Shown: one piece after another, positions 45,311 through 54,753 of the stretch
Position numbering within the stretch: position 1 is the first letter of the stretch
Layout of the letters: each line of letters begins with the position of its first letter
NCBI GenBank assembly: GCA_964569655.1
Contig: CAZMTN010000001.1
Location: forward strand, 139,395 to 203,394
Reading direction: 5' to 3'
Source of the DNA: an uncultured Candidatus Saccharibacteria bacterium
GTDB taxonomy: Bacteria > Patescibacteriota > Minisyncoccia > Phycocordibacterales > Phycocordibacteraceae
Length of the DNA: 64,000 nucleotides
Notes under the pieces: model-generated
The model's database searches: none
The model's input: the letters and a program-made list of their open reading frames with translations, nothing else
Told to the model about the DNA's origin: nothing
Position numbers and translations under genes: made by a program

Positions 45311-47950
45311 ATGAAATCCAAACGAGACCATCACCAAGCACACGGCGCCGACTGGATAACGGTTAAAGGCGCGCGTACCCATAACCTCAAGAACATCTCG
45401 GTAGAGATGCCTCGCGGCACCATGACGGTCATCACGGGCCTCTCGGGCTCCGGGAAGTCTTCGCTCGCCTTCGACACCATCTTCGCCGAGGGGCAGCGCC
45501 GCTACGTGGAGTCCCTCTCCGCATATGCCCGCCAGTTCTTGAACCAGATGTCCAAACCCGACGTGGACGAGATCACCGGCCTGTCGCCAGCCATTTCCAT
45601 AGACCAGAAGAGCCGTTCCAATAACCCCCGCTCCACTGTGGCGACCATCACGGAGATCTACGACTATCTCCGCGTGCTCTACGCGCGCGCCGGCCAACCG
45701 TACTGCGTCAACCACGACATCCCGATCTCCAAGCTTTCCAAGGAGGAGATGCTGAAGCTCATCATGATGCGCATGGATGCGCGCGGGGATGTCCCGAACG
45801 AGGGCGTCATGGGGGTGGCGGTAGACAAGCGTGCAATCGGCATCTACGCGCCGGTGGTGGTGGGTAGGAAGGGCGAGTACTATCAGATGCTCTACGACCT
45901 CCTCGGGAAGGGATACGAGAAGGTGCTCGTGGACGGGAAGCTGCAGTCGCTCAGAGAGAAGATCATGCTCGACCGCAACAAGCGCCATGACATCGACGCG
46001 CTCGTGGACTCCATCTATCTCTCCGAGTTCGCAAAGAGCACCGCGTCCGCGCGCGAGCGGCTCTCGGAAGCGCTCGAGCTCGCTCTCAAGGAGGCGGATG
46101 GCCTGGTGAAGATCAAGCACGCTGATGGCACCTTCGAGACGCTCTCCTCGAAGTTCATCTGCCCGGAAGACGGCGCCTCCTTCCCGGAAGTGGAGCCGCG
46201 TCTCTTCTCCTTCAACAGCCCGTACGGCGCTTGCCCGGCCTGCAACGGTCTCGGTACGGAATCCCTCTTCTCGGAGGAGGTCTGTCCCGTCTGTAACGGC
46301 AACCGCCTGCGCCCGGAGGCGCTGCGCGTCTATATAAAGGCGAAGGGGGACAAGTCGAACAATGGCCTCGGCATGAGCATCGTCGAGTTCTCCTCGCTCT
46401 CCATCCGGGATGCGAAGGCATACATCGATAAGATAGAGCTTTCCGAGCTCAAGGAGGAGATCGCCGCGCCTATCGTGCGAGAGATCGACGGCCGCCTTCA
46501 GTTCATGCTGAACGTCGGTCTCGACTACCTGACCCTGAACCGCACCGCAGCGACCCTCTCCGGCGGCGAAGCGCAGCGCATCCGGCTTGCGAGCCAGCTC
46601 GGTACGGGTCTCGTCGGCGCGCTCTACGTGCTCGACGAGCCAACCATCGGCCTCCACCAGCGCGACAACGACCGCCTCATCAAGACGCTGCTTTCGCTGA
46701 AAGAGCTCGGCAATACCATCATCGTGGTCGAGCACGACGAGGACACCATCTACGCGGCGGATTATCTCATCGACATCGGCCCCGGAGCCGGCACCCATGG
46801 CGGAGAGGTGGTGGTGTCCGGCTGGCTCGACGAGCTGCTTACCGCGAAGACGAACGCGAGCGGCTCGCTCACCCTTTCATACCTGCGCGAAGAGAAGGAG
46901 ATCGAAGTGCCGGAGAAGCGCCGCACGAGCGACAAAGGCTCCATCAAGGTACGCGGAGCGACGCTCCATAACATCAAGAACCAGAACGTGGATGTCCCGC
47001 TCGGGAAGCTCGTCGCCATCACCGGCGTCTCGGGATCCGGGAAGTCTACCTTCCTCTACGACATCCTCCATAAGAACGTGGCGGCTCGCTTCTCGAAACG
47101 CGAGGTGAAGCCGGTGCATGTCGCGTCCATCACCGGCACCGAGTACGTCGGGCGCGTGGTGATGATCGACCAGTCGCCGATCGGCCGCACTCCGCGCTCC
47201 AATCCTGCGACGTACACGGGTGCCTTCACCCACATCCGCGACCTCTTCGCCTCCACCTCCGAGGCCCGCGCGCGCGGCTGGAAGCCCGGACGCTTCTCGT
47301 TCAACGTGCCTGGAGGGCGCTGCGAGGCCTGCCAGGGCAACGGCATGATCGCCGTGGAGATGCACTTCCTCCCGACCGTCTACGTGACCTGTGACGTCTG
47401 CAACGGCACCCGGTTCATGAAGGAGACGCTGGAGGTCACCTTCAAGGGGAAGAACATCTTCGAGGTGCTCAGCATGACGGTGGAGGAGGGCGTGGCGTTC
47501 TTCAAGGACATCCCGGCGATCTCCGACCGCATGGAGACGCTCCATTCGACCGGGCTCGGCTATCTCACGCTCGGCCAGTCCGCGACGACCTTGTCCGGCG
47601 GCGAAGCGCAGCGCGTGAAGATCGCGAGCGAGTTCTACCGCCCGATCACCATGAAGACGCTCTACCTCCTCGACGAGCCGACGGTGGGCCTCCACTACGA
47701 GGACGTGCGCAAGCTTCTCGAGATCCTCCAGGAGCTCGTGAACCGCGGGAATACGGTGGTGGTGATCGAGCACAGCCTCGACGTCATCAAGTCCGCGGAC
47801 TATCTCATCGATTTCGGTCCTGAAGGAGGCGCGGGAGGAGGGAAGATCGTCGCGAAGGGGACGCCGGAGGAAGTAGCGGACGTTGAGGAGTCCCATACGG
47901 GCCAATACCTCAAGAAGGCGCTCCGGAAGCGCGTGAAGAAGGGGAAATAG
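45311..47950 (+). CDS. uvrA: Excinuclease ABC subunit A
   Basis: 879 aa. Two ABC ATPase modules ([25 protein letters not shown]), signature LSGGEAQR twice, Zn-finger Cys clusters (CPEDGASF...[14 protein letters not shown]...CDVCNG). Confidence 0.9.
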   Translation: MKSKRDHHQAHGADWITVKGARTHNLKNISVEMPRGTMTVITGLSGSGKSSLAFDTIFAEGQRRYVESLSAYARQFLNQMSKPDVDEITGLSPAISIDQKSRSNNPRSTVATITEIYDYLRVLYARAGQPYCVNHDIPISKLSKEEMLKLIMMRMDARGDVPNEGVMGVAVDKRAIGIYAPVVVGRKGEYYQMLYDLLGKGYEKVLVDGKLQSLREKIMLDRNKRHDIDALVDSIYLSEFAKSTASARERLSEALELALKEADGLVKIKHADGTFETLSSKFICPEDGASFPEVEPRLFSFNSPYGACPACNGLGTESLFSEEVCPVCNGNRLRPEALRVYIKAKGDKSNNGLGMSIVEFSSLSIRDAKAYIDKIELSELKEEIAAPIVREIDGRLQFMLNVGLDYLTLNRTAATLSGGEAQRIRLASQLGTGLVGALYVLDEPTIGLHQRDNDRLIKTLLSLKELGNTIIVVEHDEDTIYAADYLIDIGPGAGTHGGEVVVSGWLDELLTAKTNASGSLTLSYLREEKEIEVPEKRRTSDKGSIKVRGATLHNIKNQNVDVPLGKLVAITGVSGSGKSTFLYDILHKNVAARFSKREVKPVHVASITGTEYVGRVVMIDQSPIGRTPRSNPATYTGAFTHIRDLFASTSEARARGWKPGRFSFNVPGGRCEACQGNGMIAVEMHFLPTVYVTCDVCNGTRFMKETLEVTFKGKNIFEVLSMTVEEGVAFFKDIPAISDRMETLHSTGLGYLTLGQSATTLSGGEAQRVKIASEFYRPITMKTLYLLDEPTVGLHYEDVRKLLEILQELVNRGNTVVVIEHSLDVIKSADYLIDFGPEGGAGGGKIVAKGTPEEVADVEESHTGQYLKKALRKRVKKGK

Positions 47951-47997
47951 AAAAACCGACGCCAGACGGGAAGAACCATATGGTTCTTCCCCGTACG

Positions 47998-48297
47998 TCA
48001 GTTTAAGACTGAGCATCTTTCGCAAAGCTTTTGAAGGTACCAGGCGAGATAGGTTTCCCAAGCCGAGTCGAATTTCTCGGTGAGCGTGATATCGAGGATG
48101 AGTTCATCCCCATAGAATCGGCCCTCGTGCATGACGCGGCTCGCGAGATTGATATCGCCGGCCTCCATGCCGACAAGCCCCATTTCAGCGAGCCTCAGGA
48201 GGCGATTAAGGCTCCGTACCTCGCTATTCCGCAGAAACAGCCGCACCGAACGATTGCCGGTCATGGCTGCGTTGATTATCTCAAGTTGCTGTTCCAA
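47998..48297 (-). CDS. Hypothetical protein (99 aa), TTG start with strong Shine-Dalgarno
   Basis: GGAAAGGAGG 7 nt upstream of TTG on the minus strand; sits between uvrA and uvrC. The overlapping + ORF 48031..48351 has no ATG or Shine-Dalgarno. Confidence 0.3.
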   Translation of the reverse strand: MEQQLEIINAAMTGNRSVRLFLRNSEVRSLNRLLRLAEMGLVGMEAGDINLASRVMHEGRFYGDELILDITLTEKFDSAWETYLAWYLQKLCERCSVLN

Positions 48298-48365
48298 GCC
48301 TGGCCTCCTTTCCGGTCAGAGCCCAGCCACATGGCTGTGGCGCAATCCTAATCTGAACCGGCCTT

Positions 48366-48394
48366 TTGTCAACAGACGCCAAAAACGGCATACT
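48366..48394 (+). promoter_or_regulatory. Putative uvrC promoter TTGTCA-N17-CATACT; ATG 6 nt downstream (leaderless)
   Basis: Read directly. Confidence 0.35.
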
Positions 48395-48400
48395 TTGCAT

Positions 48401-49669
48401 ATGGAACGCGCTGAGCTCAAAAAGTTCGACCTCCCGGACAGTCCGGGCGTATACCTCTTCAAGAAGGGGAGGAAGGTCCTGTATGTCGGGAAGGCGACCA
48501 GCCTGCGCGATCGCGTGCGCTCGTACTTCGATGACGACCTCATCGCTACCCGCGGGCCGCGACTGGTCGACATGATCACGAATGCCGATTCGGTCGCGTT
48601 CGAGGCGTCTCCGACGGTGCTCGAGGCCCTGGTGCGCGAATCCGCATTCATCCGGAAGTACGATCCCCCGGCGAACGCCATGGGAAAGGATGATAAGTCC
48701 TTCTTGTATGCCGTCATCACGGACGAGGCGATCCCGCGCGTGCTCGCGTTCCGCGGCACCGACATCGATTTCGAAGCGAAGCGCATGGGTGGCATCCCGC
48801 TCCGGGACATCTACGGCCCGTTCCCATCCGGCTATCAGCTGCGCGAAGGCCTGCGCCTCATCCGGCGCATCTTCCCGTTCTACGACACGGACCGCCCGCT
48901 CGAGGTGGATGCGGAGACCGGCCGCGTGGTGCGCGCGAAGAACAAGCACCACCAGGCCAAGGTGGAGTTCAACCGCCAGATCGGGCAGTACCCGCGCGAG
49001 TTCGATCGCAAGCAGTATCAGCGCTCTATCAGGAACGTCTCTCTCTTCCTTTCAGGACGCACCAAGGCGCTGCGTGAGACCCTGAACAAGGATATGAAGA
49101 CGGCCGCCAAGGAAGAGCGCTTCGAGGACGCCGCGGAGATCCGCCGGCAGCTGTTCTCGCTCGATCACATCCAGGACGTATCGCTCATCAAGGAGGATCG
49201 CTCCGAGGACAAGGAATCCCCGCGCATCGAGGCGTACGATACTGCCCACATCGGCGGCACCAACGCCATCGGAGTCATGACGGTGCTCGACGCGGGCGTC
49301 CCCGTGAAGAAGGATTACCGCACTTTCCGCATCCGCGGATACGGCGGGAAGAGCCTGAACGACGATATCTCGTCCCTCAAGGAGATCCTCGGGCGCAGGC
49401 TTACGCATGCCGAATGGCCGTACCCGAAGGCGATCGTCGTGGACGGCGGGAAGACGCATAAGAAGGCTGCCGAGGAGGTGCTCAAGGAAGCAGGAGTTGC
49501 TATTCCGGTTATCGCCGTCGTGAAGGACGAGAAGCACCGCCCGAGGGAGGTGCTCGGGTCACTCCGTTCCGGCGTGAAGGATGCGGACGCGGTTATGGCG
49601 AACAGCGAAGCGCACCGCTTCGCACTCAACAGGCATCGCCAGGCGCGCGCGAAGCGCATGCGCATGTAG
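48401..49669 (+). CDS. uvrC: Excinuclease ABC subunit C, short form (GIY-YIG, UvrBC-interaction and endonuclease domains; no C-terminal HhH)
   Basis: GIY-YIG PGVYLFKKGRKVLYVGKATSLRDRVRSYF starts at the Met at 48401; the ORF-track start 48131 adds 90 aa of low-complexity read-through. C-terminal IVVDGGK...IPVIAVVKDEKHR endonuclease region. 422 aa. Confidence 0.85.
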   Translation: MERAELKKFDLPDSPGVYLFKKGRKVLYVGKATSLRDRVRSYFDDDLIATRGPRLVDMITNADSVAFEASPTVLEALVRESAFIRKYDPPANAMGKDDKSFLYAVITDEAIPRVLAFRGTDIDFEAKRMGGIPLRDIYGPFPSGYQLREGLRLIRRIFPFYDTDRPLEVDAETGRVVRAKNKHHQAKVEFNRQIGQYPREFDRKQYQRSIRNVSLFLSGRTKALRETLNKDMKTAAKEERFEDAAEIRRQLFSLDHIQDVSLIKEDRSEDKESPRIEAYDTAHIGGTNAIGVMTVLDAGVPVKKDYRTFRIRGYGGKSLNDDISSLKEILGRRLTHAEWPYPKAIVVDGGKTHKKAAEEVLKEAGVAIPVIAVVKDEKHRPREVLGSLRSGVKDADAVMANSEAHRFALNRHRQARAKRMRM

Positions 49670-49670
49670 C

Positions 49671-49679
49671 TGGTATACT
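49671..49679 (+). promoter_or_regulatory. Extended -10 TGgTATACT, 6 nt upstream of the ddl ATG (leaderless)
   Basis: Read directly. Confidence 0.35.
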
Positions 49680-49685
49680 TTCCGC

Positions 49686-50651
49686 ATGAAAGGAACGGTC
49701 GTCGGCGTGCTTCGAGGGGGCCCTTCGCGCGAGCATGACGTATCGCTCAAGACCGGAGCGGCGATGGCGAAGAACCTATCTTCGGACCACTACCATATCC
49801 GCGACATCTATATCGACCGGAACGGCGTCTGGCATGAGCGCGGACGCGCCACCACGCCTTCCCGAGCACTTTCCTCGGTGGACGTGGTGCTTATCGGCCT
49901 GCATGGGGAATACGGGGAAGACGGCGAGGTACAGAAGGTGCTCGAGCGCCACGGCATCCCGTACGCGGGCTCGGATTCCCTCGGTTCCTTCCTCGCGATG
50001 CATAAGTTCCTCGCGAAGCAGCGCGCACGGGAGGCGGGACTCAAGGTAGCCCGCGACGTGTTCATCGAGCGGGCAGAAGATGCCGAGGTACGCGTCCAGG
50101 AGGCGGTGCGTTCCTTCCTCCAACCGGTGGTGGTGAAGCCGGTGCGCTGGGGTTCGTCGGTCGGCGTGTCGCTTCTGTCCGGATTCGCTCCGGTTAATGC
50201 GGCAGTGCAGAAGCTGTTTGCCGAAGGGGCGGAGGGCGTCCTCATCGAAGAGTTCATCCGCGGTACGGAGGCCACGGCGGGCGTCGTGGAGCACCTCAGG
50301 AACGAGGAGCTCTACGGGCTCCCGGTAGTGGAGATCATCCCGCCAGAGACCGATTTCTTCTCGTATGACGCCAAGTACTCCGGCGCGACCCAGGAGATCG
50401 TGCCGGGCAGGTTCCATCGGGACATCGCCCGGGAACTGTCCGAGGCGGCTAAGGTGATGCATCGGGAATTGGGTCTCCGGCACTACTCTCGCTCAGACTT
50501 CATCGTGTCTCCGCGCGGGATCTATTACCTCGAGACCAATACGCTCCCCGGCATGACGGAGCAGTCCCTCCTTCCGAAGTCCCTCGAATCCATAGGCGTA
50601 TCCTTCAAGGATTTCCTCTCGCACCTTATCCACCTAGCTACCAAGAAATGA
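49686..50651 (+). CDS. ddl: D-alanine--D-alanine ligase
   Basis: ATP-grasp: N-terminal GGPSREHDVSL, HGEYGEDG, C-terminal ETNTLPGMT. Start at MKGTVVGVLRGG; the ORF-track start 49581 is upstream read-through. Confidence 0.85.
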   Translation: MKGTVVGVLRGGPSREHDVSLKTGAAMAKNLSSDHYHIRDIYIDRNGVWHERGRATTPSRALSSVDVVLIGLHGEYGEDGEVQKVLERHGIPYAGSDSLGSFLAMHKFLAKQRAREAGLKVARDVFIERAEDAEVRVQEAVRSFLQPVVVKPVRWGSSVGVSLLSGFAPVNAAVQKLFAEGAEGVLIEEFIRGTEATAGVVEHLRNEELYGLPVVEIIPPETDFFSYDAKYSGATQEIVPGRFHRDIARELSEAAKVMHRELGLRHYSRSDFIVSPRGIYYLETNTLPGMTEQSLLPKSLESIGVSFKDFLSHLIHLATKK

Positions 50652-50980
50652 CCGACCTCGCCGAGCAGAAGTGCGTCCCGTGCGAGGGTGGCTTCCCGCC
50701 GCTCAACCGCGGGGAGGCGGAAGACATGCTGGATAAGCTGTCCGGCTGGTCCCTGGCCCGCCAGGGCAAGGGGATCTATAAGGAGTACGCCTTCAAGGAC
50801 TTCAAGGAGGCGCTCGCGTTCGTGAATAAGGTTGGGGAGGTCGCTGAGGGAGAAGGGCATCACCCGGACGTGAGCCTGTCCTGGGGCAAGGTGGGGGTGT
50901 CCCTCACTACCCACGCCATGCAGGGCCTCTCCGTGAATGACTTCATCGTAGCCGCCAAGATAGATGCGCTTGAAAAATAA
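50648..50980 (+). CDS. Pterin-4a-carbinolamine dehydratase
   Basis: PCD motif EGHHPD and the [KR]-x-[YF]-x-F-x-[DN]-[FY] region (YAFKDFKEALAFV); 110 aa. Confidence 0.75.
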   Translation: MTDLAEQKCVPCEGGFPPLNRGEAEDMLDKLSGWSLARQGKGIYKEYAFKDFKEALAFVNKVGEVAEGEGHHPDVSLSWGKVGVSLTTHAMQGLSVNDFIVAAKIDALEK

Positions 50981-51001
50981 ATAGTGTATATTGTTCCGCA
51001 C

Positions 51002-51074
51002 GGGCCGTTAGCTCAGTTGGTAGAGCATCTCATTTGCAATGAGAGGGTCGCAGGTTCGAATCCTGTACGGTCCA
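51002..51074 (+). tRNA. tRNA-Ala (anticodon TGC)
   Basis: GGGCCGTTAGCTCAGTTGGTAGAGCATCTCATTTGCAATGAGAGGGTCGCAGGTTCGAATCCTGTACGGTCCA folds with the G3-U70-type acceptor, anticodon loop TTTGCAA and T-loop TTCGAAT. Confidence 0.85.
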
Positions 51075-52551
51075 CCCCGGTAGACAGTTCAGTCGAAAAT
51101 ACTGATTCCGTCGCAAAGATAAAGGAAGTTTCAGAAGTTTTAAATTCTTTCCCGTCAAAGACGACGCCAGAAGGAAATTGGAACTTTTGAAGCTTAGTCT
51201 TCGTTTCGTGCCTAGCCTGCAGCCAGACCTTCCCTGGCGCAGAAATATAGTCACGTGCAAGCGTGAGGGCTCCTGCAACGTCTACTCGCCCATGCTTCAA
51301 GGAGACCTGCTTTTCATACAGGGCAAAGGTTTCTTTCTCCATACGAGCAAGCTGGCTCTTAAGAACGTCATCGCTGACTACACCACTGAGGTTCTTGTCG
51401 ATAAGAACGGCCTGACGGTCCTGAAGCCCAGTAAGGCGAACCTCAATTTCTTCTAGGGCTTTCTGCTGGCCTTTAGTAGCTTCAGCAAACTTCTTACGCA
51501 CCAAACTCTCAAGCTTGTTCAGATGTTCCTTGCTGGGTGCAAAGCGGTTCATAAAGTCCGCAAAGTCCTGGTGCACGATCTCGCTACGCATATCGCTTTT
51601 CTTGACTCCTACGAAGCGATAGTAGGGATACTTACCTTTAGCGAAACTACCGGTAAGCTTCTTTCCTTCAGAGTTTTCAATGAAACGACGCAAAGGGAAG
51701 TCCGGATTATCACGCTTATAAACTGAACTCTTCTTACCCTTCTTGAGAAGTACGCACTGTACCTGATTAAACAACTCCACAGAGACGATCGGTTCAAAGC
51801 TGCCCTTATTTGTCTCACCAAATTTCTCGATAACCCCCATATATACCTTGTTCGTCAGCATCTTGTAGAAGTACGATCGTGCCGGGGACTTCCCATTTTT
51901 AAGACACAGTCCGCGATCGCTCATCATCTTCCAAACGCCGTCAATTGGGTGCAGTGAGGTAGCTACAGTCTCAAAAGACTGAAGAACTAGGGCACTCATA
52001 TCTCCGAGCTCAAGGTTCGGCTTCCCACCTACTACGCCATTCCTAAAGCCAACAGGTGCAGGCCAGACATAACGACCTTCCCGCACTGCATCCTTCATAC
52101 CGCCTCCACAGCGTTCACTACGCATGTCGTTATCAAACTGCGCTACGTTAGCGAGAGTGTTCTCAATAAACTTACCTGCAGCTGTATCGTCAAATTGCTC
52201 CGTTGCAGAAAGAAGTTCAATCTTATACCGCTTAAGCAATGCCCGGATTGTTGCGTGATCTTCTGTACTACGTGCAAGGCGATCAACCTTGTACACAAGC
52301 ACAGCACTGATATTGTTTTTCCTGATCGTGCAGAACTTGAGCATCTCTTGCAATTGAGTCCGGTTGGCGGTCTTTGCGCTCTCACCGGCTTCTACGAATA
52401 CGTGAATCACATCAAAGCCCTTTCGTACCGCAAACTCACGACAAATGCGCTCTTGAGAAACCAGACTATTTCCCTCATCAGCCTGGGCACTGGTTGAGAC
52501 ACGGACGTAAACTACGGCACGCGGCTTACTACTCCCATGAACATTGTTCAT
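51013..52551 (-). CDS. Large serine recombinase (resolvase-type catalytic domain, recombinase domain and Zn-ribbon/coiled-coil region)
   Basis: N-terminal AVVYVRVSTSAQ (catalytic Ser), VLVYKVDRLARS, recombinase-domain and C-terminal features; 512 aa. The last ~20 codons are read from the antisense of tRNA-Ala. Confidence 0.8.
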   Translation of the reverse strand: MNNVHGSSKPRAVVYVRVSTSAQADEGNSLVSQERICREFAVRKGFDVIHVFVEAGESAKTANRTQLQEMLKFCTIRKNNISAVLVYKVDRLARSTEDHATIRALLKRYKIELLSATEQFDDTAAGKFIENTLANVAQFDNDMRSERCGGGMKDAVREGRYVWPAPVGFRNGVVGGKPNLELGDMSALVLQSFETVATSLHPIDGVWKMMSDRGLCLKNGKSPARSYFYKMLTNKVYMGVIEKFGETNKGSFEPIVSVELFNQVQCVLLKKGKKSSVYKRDNPDFPLRRFIENSEGKKLTGSFAKGKYPYYRFVGVKKSDMRSEIVHQDFADFMNRFAPSKEHLNKLESLVRKKFAEATKGQQKALEEIEVRLTGLQDRQAVLIDKNLSGVVSDDVLKSQLARMEKETFALYEKQVSLKHGRVDVAGALTLARDYISAPGKVWLQARHETKTKLQKFQFPSGVVFDGKEFKTSETSFIFATESVFSTELSTGVDRTGFEPATLSLQMRCSTN

Positions 52552-53211
52552 AAGTATTTCCTTTATTCTTGTACATCCTAACTAGTTGTCCCGCGTAGCG
52601 GGCTCCTGGGGCTTATTTAGCTTCCCTCAAGTATGCCTCCACAAGGATTTCGGCGAGATATGTCAGCGCGGCATCTGCAGGGCGCTCCAAATTATTACTG
52701 CTCACGAGAGTTCGTGTGTCTGATCCAACCTTCGTATTAAGCGTAGCGGACCCTTCTTTCTGTCAGGTTCCTATCCGTAACGGTAGTAGGAAAACCAAAC
52801 AACGGTACGCTGCGGCCAAAGCAAATATGGAATACGGCGGCGAGAGGTGAGACACCTTAGCTGGTAAGCAGGGGGAATAAAACGCCACCCTGGTTACCTG
52901 CCGGTGCTTATTACAGCTGACAATAGCATAAAAAGTTGTGAAATTCAATCCGATTATGTGGAAGCATTTTGTGTCGACCTTGGGAAGGACTATACTGAGA
53001 TTGTTCTACAACTGAATAAAAGGCCCGCGAGGGTCAGGACCTAACCCGCCAGCTTCGGCTATCGGTATGGTCTAAAAAAGTCCTGCAAAGACACAATGAA
53101 CCCGTCATGGGGGAGTCTTTGCAGGCCTAGAGGGAAACTTCTAGCCGGCCCGTCCGGGACCCGTGGCGGGTTCATTGTGCGCCCGTCCGGATTACTCGTC
53201 ATGAGAGTCCT
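52552..53211. ncRNA. 660-bp non-coding, highly structured region (candidate large ncRNA or recombination/regulatory region); unclassified
   Basis: No ORF over 60 aa in a gene-dense genome. Hairpin CTGGTAAGCAGGG...CCCTGGTTACC at ~52880..52920. Interleaved inverted repeats at 53080..53195: GTCCTGCAAAGAC/GTCTTTGCAGGCC and CACAATGAACCCG/CGGGTTCATTGTG, a pseudoknot-type topology; direct repeats GCCCGTCCGG occur twice. Confidence 0.25.
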
Positions 53212-53505
53212 ATGACTAAGGCACTCCGTATTTCGGTTATCGTACTCGCTATTGTTCTTGCTGCGTTCGTTGCTCTCGTTCTTGCGTACATGGTTACGCC
53301 ACCGTTCTTTATTTCATTCGGGCAGCACTACATTGGTGCACCAGATATATTCTCCGTATCTGATTTCTATCGTTGTGACCCTAACGGTGCAGACGACTGC
53401 GTACTCACAAGAGAATCTCTCTTTGCGGCGGTTGCGAACGACCCGCACATCGCAAACTGGTGGCCAGTTAACGGATCATTCATCCTGCCGGAGGAATATG
53501 ACTAA
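53212..53505 (+). CDS. Hypothetical membrane-anchored protein (97 aa)
   Basis: TM ISVIVLAIVLAAFVALVLAYMV; overlaps the next gene as ATGACTAA (translational coupling). Confidence 0.4.
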   Translation: MTKALRISVIVLAIVLAAFVALVLAYMVTPPFFISFGQHYIGAPDIFSVSDFYRCDPNGADDCVLTRESLFAAVANDPHIANWWPVNGSFILPEEYD

Positions 53506-53875
53506 GCGCATTGGGGATGAAGGGTGGCTGGATGAGCCACTAGCTAATCTCGACCTAAGCGAGCAAGTATCGCCTACGAATCCCGATGAAGAGCGCTATG
53601 GGGCAGTAATGGATGGCTTCGAACTGCCTAACATCACCCACGACAAGGAAGTCAGTCCACTCGGCACGTTCGTAATCCGTGCACTTATCGCAGTAGTTAC
53701 AGTCTTCTCCTTGTGGGCAGTGTTCGTCGGCCTCACTACATCCGATGGTGAAGGGTACACACCCACCGGTGCCGGATGCTGTGTGTACTGCTCAGTCGGT
53801 AAAGCATGCGGTAACACCTGCATCGAGCGAAGTGACGCGTGTCATGTTGGGTCAGGCTGCGCCTGCGACCAATGA
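53498..53875 (+). CDS. Hypothetical single-pass membrane protein with C-terminal Cys-rich knot (9 Cys in 33 aa)
   Basis: TM FVIRALIAVVTVFSLWAVFVGL, then GAGCCVYCSVGKACGNTCIERSDACHVGSGCACDQ. Start at the internal Met at 53498; the ORF-track start 53252 overlaps the previous gene. Confidence 0.4.
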   Translation: MTKRIGDEGWLDEPLANLDLSEQVSPTNPDEERYGAVMDGFELPNITHDKEVSPLGTFVIRALIAVVTVFSLWAVFVGLTTSDGEGYTPTGAGCCVYCSVGKACGNTCIERSDACHVGSGCACDQ

Positions 53876-54169
53876 CGAGCTTCCTCACCCATACGGGGGT
53901 GGTTTCCTTGGGTCCTCCGCAAACCGAATAGGAGGCTCGGGGAGAAAGGCCATGAAGTGAAATCACCAGGAAATGGCTTATTTCCTTATTCTTTAGTATC
54001 GCCTAGAGAGAAAGGCTTGACCTCGCCAACGGGAGGCATATACTTCAACTACATTTCGTACGGTTTCGGTTCGAAGGTATCAAAATACCTTGAAAGTACA
54101 GGCCATTTCACGAAGTGAGCAAACGGCGGAAGTGAAGCTGAATTATTTACTAAGTAGCATACGACATAT

Positions 54170-54736
54170 ATGAATCCAGATGAATTGAAAGAGCGCATTC
54201 GTCTTGCAGAAGAAGCGGTTGCCGGCATGACCGATGAGAACTTGAAACGAATCGCCTTTGAAACGTTACTCACACATTCTCTCGGGGGAGAGCAGTCATC
54301 GAACACCAAAAAGAGCAGCACCCGTTCTTCTAAGAAAAAGTCGGGTGCAGCACGACCGAAGTCCGCTAAACCGACAACGGAAAAGAAAGTTAGCTCAATC
54401 GAACTTGATGTTGAGCAGTTGAAGAGCCTGAAGAGCTACTACGATGATCATGCTCCTTCCGGTACTGAAGAATCGGTATTCACTCTCGCCTTCTTCATCC
54501 ATGAGGTGCTCAAGCAGAAGGTCTTCCACGAAGCGGATGTATTTGGTCTCTACACCAGCTTGATGCCTCTTAAGCCTACGCAGAAGCCCCCAGTATTAAC
54601 TCTCGATACAGTAAAGAGGGCAATGACATGGCTTGTTGCACCTAGTCGCCGTAAGCAGTGGCTCAAGTTCGTTGACGGTGGTTACGAGATTAGCTCGCAC
54701 GGTATCCACCACATGACTTATAAGGATGAAGTGTAA
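54170..54736 (+). CDS. Hypothetical protein, paralog 1: N-terminal helix, Ser/Lys-rich disordered linker, C-terminal winged-helix-like domain
   Basis: C-terminal FTLAFFIHEVLKQ...LTLDTVKRAMTWLV...KFVDGGYEISSHG has the helix-helix-helix-wing pattern (K.GWI ... GGY.IS..G) of wHTH domains. Confidence 0.45.
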   Translation: MNPDELKERIRLAEEAVAGMTDENLKRIAFETLLTHSLGGEQSSNTKKSSTRSSKKKSGAARPKSAKPTTEKKVSSIELDVEQLKSLKSYYDDHAPSGTEESVFTLAFFIHEVLKQKVFHEADVFGLYTSLMPLKPTQKPPVLTLDTVKRAMTWLVAPSRRKQWLKFVDGGYEISSHGIHHMTYKDEV

Positions 54737-54753
54737 CTCTAAGCTCAACAACC

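Noticed and set aside
45266-48061. Two long minus-strand ORFs (510 and 394 aa)
   Set aside because: Antisense shadows of uvrA.
48031-48351. 106-aa + strand ORF between uvrA and uvrC
   Set aside because: No ATG (TTG-initiated by the ORF track, with no Shine-Dalgarno); it overlaps the better-supported minus-strand ORF 47998..48297.
48131-48400. ORF-track N-terminal extension of uvrC (90 extra residues)
   Set aside because: The GIY-YIG domain begins at the Met at 48401, which sits 6 nt after a promoter -10; the upstream part is Ser/Arg/Leu low-complexity read-through.
51075-51110. Long direct repeat of the tRNA-Ala 3' end marking attR
   Set aside because: No repeat over 8 nt was found at the island's far end. 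Only a TCCACCC similarity at ~61152 is seen; this is consistent with a serine recombinase but too weak to call a feature.
52790-53200. RNase P, SRP or tmRNA assignment for the structured spacer
   Set aside because: Partial resemblance only (AAAAGTCCTGCAAAG versus the P4 strand GAAAGUCCGGGCUCC; GGTCAGGACC versus the SRP domain IV motif); the conserved cores are not matched, so no specific RNA family is called.
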